In this document: positions 30,693 through 37,516 of the stretch, one piece after another
How positions within the stretch are numbered: position 1 is the stretch's first letter
Layout: the number at the start of each line of letters is the position of its first letter
DNA from: Bryobacterales bacterium
GTDB lineage: Bacteria > Acidobacteriota > Terriglobia > Bryobacterales > Bryobacteraceae
Direction: 5' to 3'
DNA length: 64,000 bases
Assembly: GCA_016716385.1 (NCBI GenBank)
Contig: JADJWL010000006.1
Coordinates: 16,399 to 80,398, forward strand
The notes under the pieces: model-generated
The model's input: the letters and a program-made list of their open reading frames with translations, nothing else
The model's database searches: none
What the model was told of the DNA's origin: nothing
Made by a program: the position numbers and the translations under genes

Positions 30693-30919
30693 ACCCGATG
30701 AACGAAGCGAATCAGAATCCCGAATCCCAAGGCTGCTTCTGCATGGGCGCCGGACCCCAGGCATCGGAGCTCCTCCGTCACCTGATTCCCGACCAGGCGC
30801 GCGAGCACTTCCGCAACTCGCGCATCGAAGTCCTGAAGGGCTTGCGCAGCCTGATCGATCAGCGTATCGAGCAATTGAGCCGGTCCCACAAGAAAGGGAC
30901 CACCGTCATCATCGAGTAA
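30689..30919 (+). CDS. small hypothetical protein translationally coupled to the ArsA-like ATPase
   Basis: ATGA overlap with the upstream stop and a perfect AAGGAGG at 30681-30687. The second ATG at 30698 has better spacing. 'GCFCMGAGP' is followed by a predicted helix; no known motif. Confidence 0.5.
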   Translation: MNPMNEANQNPESQGCFCMGAGPQASELLRHLIPDQAREHFRNSRIEVLKGLRSLIDQRIEQLSRSHKKGTTVIIE

Positions 30920-31433
30920 GTGCGGCTTCGATGGCCTGGGCGAGTTCCGGCGAGTCCGGTTTCACGCCGGAGTCGAATCGCTGGATGATCTGTCCGTCCT
31001 TGCCGGCCAGATACTTCGTGAAGTTCCACTTGGGTTCGCCTGCTTTGGTCGAGAGGAATCCGTAGAGCGGCGTCTGGTCGCCGCCCTTCACGGAAATCTT
31101 GCTGTACATCGGGAACGTGACCTTGTAGTTCCGCGTACAGAATGTCTTGATCTCCTCGTTCGTGCCCGGTTCCTGGGCTCCGAAGTTGTTGGCCGGGAAG
31201 CCCAGCACAACCAGCCCCCGGTCCTTGTACTTCTGGTAAAGCGCCTCCAGCCCTTCGTACTGCGGTGTGTATCCGCACTTGCTGGCGACATTCACCAGCA
31301 AGAGGACCTTGCCGTTGTACTGGGCGAGGGGGGCGGGCGCGCCGTCGATGGACGGAAGTGTGAATTCATGCACGCTGGATGCGGCAAAGAGCGCGGTGGA
31401 CATCAGCAAAGCTCCTATCGTGATTCGGAACAT
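30909..31433 (-). CDS. gpx: glutathione peroxidase (Cys-type), exported
   Basis: 'LLVNVASKCGYTPQY', 'VLGFPANNFGAQEPG' and 'WNFTKYL' motifs. The catalytic residue is a Cys codon, not TGA. Confidence 0.9.
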   Translation of the reverse strand: MFRITIGALLMSTALFAASSVHEFTLPSIDGAPAPLAQYNGKVLLLVNVASKCGYTPQYEGLEALYQKYKDRGLVVLGFPANNFGAQEPGTNEEIKTFCTRNYKVTFPMYSKISVKGGDQTPLYGFLSTKAGEPKWNFTKYLAGKDGQIIQRFDSGVKPDSPELAQAIEAALTR

Positions 31434-31481
31434 GCTCGCTTAGATGCGCGGCAGGGGGTTCAGGGTGCGCTGATTCCGCGA

Positions 31482-31510
31482 TTGCCTGGAGCCCGTGTTT
31501 CCCGTATACT
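31482..31510 (+). promoter_or_regulatory. sigma70-like promoter candidate for the GYD gene (TTGCCT-17-TATACT)
   Basis: Hexamers were read directly in the gpx/GYD divergent region, about 37 nt upstream of ATG 31548. Confidence 0.35.
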
Positions 31511-31547
31511 CAGGACACTTCAGAACTCGAAGGCAGCAGGGAGGAAT

Positions 31548-31874
31548 ATGCCGAAATATCTCGTGCAGGCAAGATATACCGCGGAAGGACTGCAAGGTCT
31601 GGTCAAGGATACGGCTTCCGGCCGGAAGGCGGCCGTCCAGGCCGCGTTGAAGGCAGTCAAGGGCAAGGTTGAATCGATGTACTTTGCCTTCGGAGCCGAC
31701 GACGCCGTGCTGATTGTCGAGGCGCCCGACAACGTGTCGGTTGCCGCGGTCGCGATGGCGGCCGCTTCGAGCGGACTCGTCAGCATCCGGACGACGCCGT
31801 TGCTGACGGTCGCCGAAGTCGACCAGGCGGTTGCGATGCAGCCCAAGTACCGAGCGCCGGGCCAAGGCAAGTAG
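31548..31874 (+). CDS. GYD-domain protein
   Basis: 'MPKYLVQARYTAEG' and 'ESMYFAFGADDAVLIVEAPD' are typical of the GYD family. GGAGG lies 5 nt upstream of ATG 31548, and the longer ORF start 31368 lies inside gpx. Confidence 0.75.
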   Translation: MPKYLVQARYTAEGLQGLVKDTASGRKAAVQAALKAVKGKVESMYFAFGADDAVLIVEAPDNVSVAAVAMAAASSGLVSIRTTPLLTVAEVDQAVAMQPKYRAPGQGK

Positions 31875-31903
31875 GCAGCCCTGGCGGCCGGCGGGGTCGC
31901 ACC

Positions 31904-32653
31904 ATGTTGCGTCAGATCGCGCCAGTGGTGTTGTTTTTCGCGCCCGTCGTGGCCGCACAGGAAAGCTCCGCCATCCTTTCGAATCCATTCAATACTCCCG
32001 CCGACCGGATCGAAGGGGCGCGCCTGTTCCGCTCCCAGTGCGCCAATTGCCACGCCGAGGACGGACGGGGCACGAGCGCCGGCCCTGATCTGTCCTCGGG
32101 CGCCTTCAAGCGGGCTTCGTCGGACGAGGGCCTCTTTCAGATTGTCGCCAAAGGCTTGCCGGGCACCGTCATGCCCGGCTTCAGCCTGTCCGGACGGGAG
32201 ATCTGGCAAGTGCTGGCGTTCATCCGCTCGCTCAGTATCAGCAGGGCGCGCGAGACCGTCACCGGAGATGCTTCCCGCGGGGCCGCGCTGTTCCGGACCC
32301 ACGGCTGCGGAGGCTGCCACGACGGCCTGCTCGGACCGGCTCTCGGGGAGTCCGTGCGGCGCAAGCCGCTGTTCGAGTTGCGGCGGTCGATTACCGACCC
32401 GCAAGTTGAAGTCGAGTCCCGCTGGTGGCGGCTGCGCGCCGCGACCCATGACGGCGCGGCGTTGTCGGGTCGCCGCCTCAACGAAGATACCCATTCGGTG
32501 CAGTATGCGGACCCTTCGGGCCGGTTGCGCACCGTGTCCAAGGCTGACCTCACCCAGTACGAAATCGTCCGCAAGTCGCCGATGCCGCCCTTTGATTTGA
32601 CGGATGGCGAACTCGACGATTTGCTGGCGTATCTTGTTTCGGGAGCGCCATGA
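31904..32653 (+). CDS. c-type cytochrome with two CXXCH motifs, exported
   Basis: Signal-like N-terminus and haem motifs 'CANCH' and 'CGGCH'. Its stop overlaps the next start (ATGA). Confidence 0.75.
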   Translation: MLRQIAPVVLFFAPVVAAQESSAILSNPFNTPADRIEGARLFRSQCANCHAEDGRGTSAGPDLSSGAFKRASSDEGLFQIVAKGLPGTVMPGFSLSGREIWQVLAFIRSLSISRARETVTGDASRGAALFRTHGCGGCHDGLLGPALGESVRRKPLFELRRSITDPQVEVESRWWRLRAATHDGAALSGRRLNEDTHSVQYADPSGRLRTVSKADLTQYEIVRKSPMPPFDLTDGELDDLLAYLVSGAP

Positions 32654-34266
32654 GACTCTTTTCCGTTCTTCTTCTGGCGGCCACACTGGCGGCGCAGGTT
32701 CCGTACTCCCGGCTGCGCGATGCCGCGAAAGAACCGGGTAGCTGGCTGACCTACAACGGCACGTACTTCAGCCAGCACTACAGCGCCCTCGACCAGGTCA
32801 ACCGTGCGAACGTCTCGAAGCTGGGGCTCCAGTGGGTCTTTCAGGCGCGCTCGCTCGAGAAGTTCGAAACGACGCCGCTGGTGGCCGACGGGGTCATGTA
32901 TCTTACCGAACCGCCGAATAACGTGATCGCGGTGGACCCTGCCACGGGCCGCCCGTTCTGGATGTACGAGCATACGCTGCCCGAAGTCACCTATCCCTGT
33001 TGCGGCAAGGTGAATCGCGGCGTCGCGATCCTCGGCAATTCGATTTACCACGCGACGCACGACGCCAAGGTGGTCGCTCTTGACGCCCGGACCGGACGCA
33101 AACAGTGGGAGACCACGGTGGCCAACTACCAGGAAGGCTACGCGCTCACGCACGCGCCGCTGGCGGTCAAGGACAAGATCATCATTGGACCGGCGGGCGG
33201 CGAACTGGGCATCCGCGGCTTTGTGCTCGCTCTCGACGCCAGGACGGGCAAGGAGGTCTGGCGCTTCAAGGTGATTCCCGAACCCGGTGAGAAAGGAAAT
33301 GATTCCTGGGGCGGCGACTCCTGGAAGCACGGTGGTGGGTCGATCTGGCTCACCGGGTCCTACGATCCCGAGTTGAATCTCACCTATTGGGGCACCGGCA
33401 ACCCGGGGCCGGACTGGAATCCCGCCGTCCGGCCCGGCGATAACCTCTACACCGATTGCGTCGTCGCGCTGGACGCCGATACCGGCGAATTGAAATGGCA
33501 TTTCCAGTTCACGCCCCATGACGAATGGGATTGGGACGCCGTGCAGGTCCCGGTTCTGGCTGACCTGGAGTGGGCCGGCAAGCCACGCAAGGTGATGCTC
33601 TGGGGGAACCGCAACGGATTCTTCTATGTGCTGGACCGCGCGACCGGTGAGTTCCTGCTGGGCAAGCCGTTCGTGAAGCAGACGTGGGCCAGAGGTCTGG
33701 ATGCCCAGGGCAGGCCGGAGAAGATTCCGGGCATGGGTCCGAGCCGCCAGGGAACGAAGGTGTGGCCTGGAGTGCAGGGCGGCACCAACTGGTACGCGCC
33801 ATCGTTCTCCCCGTTGACGAAGCTCTTCTATCTGACCGCCTGGGAGGATTACCACGGCACGTACTTCACCTGGGACCAGGAGTACGAGCCCGGCAAGTGG
33901 TACGTCGGCGGCGGAGTCAAGGCGCCGGTCCCCCCGACGCGGCGCGAGCCGATCGTGACCCGCGGCACCGAGGATGGGTACGCGACGATTCGCGCGCTCG
34001 ATCCCAGGACTGGCGAACGGGTATGGGAATACCCGATGGCCGATATGAGCGAGAGCGGGCTGCTCACGACGGCAGGCGGCGTTCTGTTTTCGGGAAGCCG
34101 CGAGGGCTGGTTCTTCGCGCTCGACGCCGCTTCCGGCAAGCTGTTGTGGCGGATCTATCTCGGCGGGCAAGTGATTGCTTCGCCAATCACCTACCTGGTG
34201 AACGGGAAGCAGCAGATCTCGATAGCCGCCGGATCGTCGCTGTTCACCTTTGCCGTGCTGGAGTGA
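32650..34266 (+). CDS. PQQ-dependent dehydrogenase, methanol/ethanol (quinoprotein ADH) family
   Basis: Signal peptide, vicinal 'YPCCGKVNRG', 'GPAGGELGIRG', 'YWGTGNPGPDWN', 'TPHDEWDWDAV', and W-repeat propeller motifs throughout. Confidence 0.9.
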   Translation: MRLFSVLLLAATLAAQVPYSRLRDAAKEPGSWLTYNGTYFSQHYSALDQVNRANVSKLGLQWVFQARSLEKFETTPLVADGVMYLTEPPNNVIAVDPATGRPFWMYEHTLPEVTYPCCGKVNRGVAILGNSIYHATHDAKVVALDARTGRKQWETTVANYQEGYALTHAPLAVKDKIIIGPAGGELGIRGFVLALDARTGKEVWRFKVIPEPGEKGNDSWGGDSWKHGGGSIWLTGSYDPELNLTYWGTGNPGPDWNPAVRPGDNLYTDCVVALDADTGELKWHFQFTPHDEWDWDAVQVPVLADLEWAGKPRKVMLWGNRNGFFYVLDRATGEFLLGKPFVKQTWARGLDAQGRPEKIPGMGPSRQGTKVWPGVQGGTNWYAPSFSPLTKLFYLTAWEDYHGTYFTWDQEYEPGKWYVGGGVKAPVPPTRREPIVTRGTEDGYATIRALDPRTGERVWEYPMADMSESGLLTTAGGVLFSGSREGWFFALDAASGKLLWRIYLGGQVIASPITYLVNGKQQISIAAGSSLFTFAVLE

Positions 34267-35434
34267 CGTCTTCAAGCTTGCCGAACATGATGCGCTCCTT
34301 GCGACTGGGCGACGAATCGCCCTGTGTCACCGAAACCCAGATCGCGCCGCCGTACTCACGGAACGTCGGATACTGGAATGATTTCGGCGTCGCGAACCGG
34401 TACTTGCGTTCCCAGGTCTTGCCGTCGCGCGAGACGTCGAGGTTGAACACGGACCGGCGCACGCCATCGATGCGCGTGTTCTCCTGCCAGCCGAGGTAGT
34501 AGACGCCGCCGAACCGGTCGAAGGTGGGCTTCGAATTGTCCCCGTTGGGGATGAACTCCACGTGACGGCCCGGCGTCCAACTTCTGCCGTCGCGGCTAGT
34601 GGTCACCGTGTAATTGCCGTCGCCTCCGTCCTGGCGGCAGATCGCCATCCAGGTGCCGTCAGGCAAGCGGTTCACGGAGGACTCGCTGAGGTCCAGTTCC
34701 TGCGGTTCGTTGTAGTGTCCGATGATCTCGAAGGTATCGAGGGCGTCGTTCACCACCGTGAGCGCATTCTGCTTGCCGGGATAGTTGTTGATGGCGAGGT
34801 AGGTGCGTCCGTCGAACGTCTTAAAGGAATCGAACAGGTAAAGCCCGTAGTCCTTCGGCTCTTTCCTGAAGCCGCGGGTGTCGGCGTGGAAGTGTTGCGG
34901 CTGCATGTCCACGATGCCGGCCGCCGTCTTCAGCTTCACCCGGTGGATGTCCGCTTCGAACGCCATCGAGGGCAGGTCGAAATCGCGATACCAGGTCTGG
35001 GACTGCCGTACGCCCGGCTGTTCGCTCGCGAAGTAGCAGCGCAGCGTGCGTGCGTCCTTGCGGATGATGCGCGGGACGAAGCAGGCGCCCACCGGCAGCG
35101 TGACGTTGGAGAACGACTGTTCGGATCTCGCAATCGGGATGATGTTCTCAACCGTGAGAGTCTTGAGATTCACGATCGACATCGCCGCATAGATCTCGGG
35201 CCGGTTCGCACTCTCGCCGTGATCGACTTCGTTCACCTCCGCCACGATGTAGGCGCGGCCTTCCACCAGAACCATCTCGGAGTCGTGGGCGCCTTTCACT
35301 TCGGGTGCGGTGACGGAGATCAGCCGTTCCATGACCCGGCTTCCCGCGCGGACGGGGTCCCATCCCGGGGGCACAAGGCTCTGGGCGGACACGCAGGCTG
35401 CAGTCAGGATCAGGAGGGAGGCGGTCCGGGTCAC
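34244..35434 (-). CDS. exported BNR/Asp-box (sialidase-like) repeat protein
   Basis: Signal peptide 'LLILTAACVSAQS' and Asp boxes 'TTSRDGRSWT' and 'VSRDGKTWE'. Its 3' end overlaps the PQQ gene by 23 nt (convergent). Confidence 0.75.
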   Translation of the reverse strand: MTRTASLLILTAACVSAQSLVPPGWDPVRAGSRVMERLISVTAPEVKGAHDSEMVLVEGRAYIVAEVNEVDHGESANRPEIYAAMSIVNLKTLTVENIIPIARSEQSFSNVTLPVGACFVPRIIRKDARTLRCYFASEQPGVRQSQTWYRDFDLPSMAFEADIHRVKLKTAAGIVDMQPQHFHADTRGFRKEPKDYGLYLFDSFKTFDGRTYLAINNYPGKQNALTVVNDALDTFEIIGHYNEPQELDLSESSVNRLPDGTWMAICRQDGGDGNYTVTTSRDGRSWTPGRHVEFIPNGDNSKPTFDRFGGVYYLGWQENTRIDGVRRSVFNLDVSRDGKTWERKYRFATPKSFQYPTFREYGGAIWVSVTQGDSSPSRKERIMFGKLEDVTPARQR

Positions 35435-35456
35435 GCCCCAAGGATACCGGAAGCGA

Positions 35457-35531
<75 letters not shown>

Positions 35532-35586
35532 GGCGGCCTCGTCTCTTGCAACATAGCGCGCGCCCTCGCACCGTGTCAACGACGGT

Positions 35587-35683
35587 TGGAGACCGGGCTG
35601 GGAATCGAACCCAGCAGCGCATGCCTGGCACGCGCTCAACGGGTTTGCAGCCCGCGGGAAGCGCCAGCTTCCTGTACCGGCCC
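35587..35683 (-). tRNA. non-canonical ~96-nt tRNA-like gene with GCA (Cys) anticodon, 6-bp D stem/4-nt D loop and ~21-nt variable arm (tRNASec/allo-tRNA-like)
   Basis: Minus strand: GGCCGGU-ACA-GGAAGC-UGGC-GCUUCC-C-GCGGG-CUGCAAA-CCCGU-UG-AGCGCGUG-CCAGG-CAUGCGCU-G-CUGGG-UUCGAUU-CCCAG-CCCGGUC-U-CCA. The T, anticodon, D and variable arms pair cleanly. The acceptor has 6 bp plus a U-C mismatch, or an alternative 8/4 register with a bulge. Confidence 0.6.
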
Positions 35684-35724
35684 GCTTGACAGCTTCGCGA
35701 TTCAGTGCGCAGAGGCGCGACGAG

Positions 35725-36066
35725 TCATGCATCGCGGCCGTGTTCGCTCACTTCGCCATGCAACTCGGCGACATGCTTCCGCAGCAACGCCAGGGTCCGG
35801 CGGCCGTTTGCGGTCAGCCGGTACTCTTTGCGGCCATTCTCCCCGTCTGAGCTGCGCAGCCAGCCGTGAGCTTCCATGCGGCGCAGGAGTGGATACAGCG
35901 TTCCGGGGCTGATGGCGTAACCGTGACGCCGCAACTCCTCGGCAATCCACTGGCCGTATATCGGACCCTCTGCCGCGTGGTACAGAATATGGACCTTCCA
36001 GAAGCCAATGAGGATCTCGCGAGTTACCGGATCGCTTGTGCGGATTTGGCGCTTCGCGCTTGACAT
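35725..36066 (-). CDS. PadR-family transcriptional regulator
   Basis: Winged-helix 'YGQWIAEELRRHGYAISPGTLYPLLRRMEAHGWL' and 'RKEYRLTANG'. Confidence 0.85.
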   Translation of the reverse strand: MSSAKRQIRTSDPVTREILIGFWKVHILYHAAEGPIYGQWIAEELRRHGYAISPGTLYPLLRRMEAHGWLRSSDGENGRKEYRLTANGRRTLALLRKHVAELHGEVSEHGRDA

Positions 36067-36084
36067 ACGGCTCTCGCCCTCATA

Positions 36085-36114
36085 CTATCGGATTTCGTAG
36101 ACGGTTGTCGATAG
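36085..36114. promoter_or_regulatory. candidate PadR operator (inverted repeat CTATCG-N18-CGATAG) in the padR/tolC divergent region
   Basis: This is the only clear dyad in the 70-bp divergent intergenic region. Its function is inferred from position only. Confidence 0.3.
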
Positions 36115-36136
36115 CCATTCGCGCCATCGAGGGAGA

Positions 36137-37513
36137 ATGACGATACTCAAAGGCCGCGCGCGGGCGATTCTGCTTTTCTTGCCGATTGTGCCCGCCTACC
36201 CGCAACTGCCGATGGGGCTCGCTGACGCCGTGGAGCGCGCCCGCGAGCACTACCCGTCCGTCGCCGTCTCACGCTCTCAGGTGGAGGCGGCCGCGGCGGG
36301 GATCCGGCTGGCGCGGACCAGCTACCGGCCGAGACTCGACTCGATTGCGCAGGTGAACCGGGCGACGCGGAACAACCTGTACGGCATGCTGCTGATGCAG
36401 CCGGTGATCTCGCCGATCAGCGGGCCGCCGGTCGAGGAGACCAGCACTGCGAGTGTGTTCGGCAGCGCCGTGGGCTTGCTCTTTGACTGGGAGCCTTTCG
36501 ATTTCGGCCTCCGCCGCGCCCAGGTCGAGCTGGCCGAGAGTGCGCGCCGGCGCACGGATGCCGCGGTGGTTCGCAGCCAGTTCGAAGCTGGCGCGGCGGC
36601 GGCCGATGCGTATCTGACCGTGATGGCGGCGCGCGAGACCGTCAAGGCGGCCCGTGCCGGCGTGGAGCGCAGCCATGTCTGGCTCAAAGTGGTCCAGGCG
36701 CTCGTGCGGGCGGAACTGCGTCCCGGTGCGGATGAGGCGCTGGCTCAGGCTGAACTGGCAGCCGCCGAAGCCCAGGTGATTCAGGGCGAACTGGCGATTG
36801 CCGACGCCACCGCGCTCCTGGCCGGGCTGACCGGTAGCACACCGGCTACGCTGCAGGTGGACGAGGGGCGCATGCTGGCAATGCCGGAGGAACAGACTGC
36901 GCCGGGAGGAGAACTGGCGGCGAATCCTCTTGCGCGCGAACAGAGCGCCGCCGTCGACGAAGCGCGGTCCAGACTCAGGACGCTGGACAAGCAGTGGGTC
37001 CCGCGGTTCTCCGTGCAAGGGACGAGCTATGCCCGCGGCACCGGCGCTCGTCCCGATTTCACCGTCCTGGGCGGTGCGAACGGTCTCGCCCCAACTTTCT
37101 ACAACTGGGGCCTCGGCTTCTCCGTCCAATTTCCCCTGCTGGAAAACGAACCGGTCCGCGCGCGCCAGGCGGAACAATCGGCCAACATCCGCACCGAGGA
37201 GAATCGCTACAAACTTATCCTCACGGAACTCGAAACGCGCCGCAACAGGGCCCTGGCCGCGGTCGACGCCGCGCGCCGGATGGCCCGCCTCACGCCAACA
37301 CAACTGGCCGCCGCACGCACCGCGGAAACCCAGGCTCAGGCCCGCTACAAAGCAGGTCTGGCGTCTGTGATGGAAGTTGCGGACACGCAGCGCCTGCTCG
37401 CGCAGTCGGAGATCGATGACGGTCTGGCGCGTCTTAACGTCTGGCGGGCTGTGCTTGCATTGCGTACGGCGGAGGGAGATCTGGAGCCCTTCCTGCGGAT
37501 GGCGGGGAACTAG
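36137..37513 (+). CDS. TolC-family outer-membrane efflux protein
   Basis: 458-aa protein with a signal-like N-terminus and two repeated coiled-coil/beta halves. 'SYRPRLDS', 'PNW..G' style motifs and 'YKAGLASVMEVADTQR' are typical of OEP family proteins. Confidence 0.85.
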   Translation: MTILKGRARAILLFLPIVPAYPQLPMGLADAVERAREHYPSVAVSRSQVEAAAAGIRLARTSYRPRLDSIAQVNRATRNNLYGMLLMQPVISPISGPPVEETSTASVFGSAVGLLFDWEPFDFGLRRAQVELAESARRRTDAAVVRSQFEAGAAAADAYLTVMAARETVKAARAGVERSHVWLKVVQALVRAELRPGADEALAQAELAAAEAQVIQGELAIADATALLAGLTGSTPATLQVDEGRMLAMPEEQTAPGGELAANPLAREQSAAVDEARSRLRTLDKQWVPRFSVQGTSYARGTGARPDFTVLGGANGLAPTFYNWGLGFSVQFPLLENEPVRARQAEQSANIRTEENRYKLILTELETRRNRALAAVDAARRMARLTPTQLAAARTAETQAQARYKAGLASVMEVADTQRLLAQSEIDDGLARLNVWRAVLALRTAEGDLEPFLRMAGN

Positions 37514-37516
37514 ACC

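Noticed and set aside
30909-31433. Possible selenoprotein (glutathione peroxidase) that might explain the tRNASec-like gene
   Set aside because: The catalytic position is a TGC Cys codon (ASKCGYT) and there is no in-frame TGA. The odd tRNA also has a GCA anticodon, not UCA. No selA/selB/selD or SECIS-like context is visible in the window.
32137-34275. 712-aa minus-strand ORF
   Set aside because: It is antisense to the cytochrome c and PQQ dehydrogenase genes, which have clear family motifs. It is a shadow ORF.
35686-35691. Consensus TTGACA hexamer next to the non-canonical tRNA
   Set aside because: It lies on the plus strand, pointing into the 3' end of the minus-strand padR gene, with no plus-strand gene or good -10 downstream. 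A weak minus-strand ATGACT-17-CTGAAT candidate exists upstream of the tRNA but is too degenerate to call.
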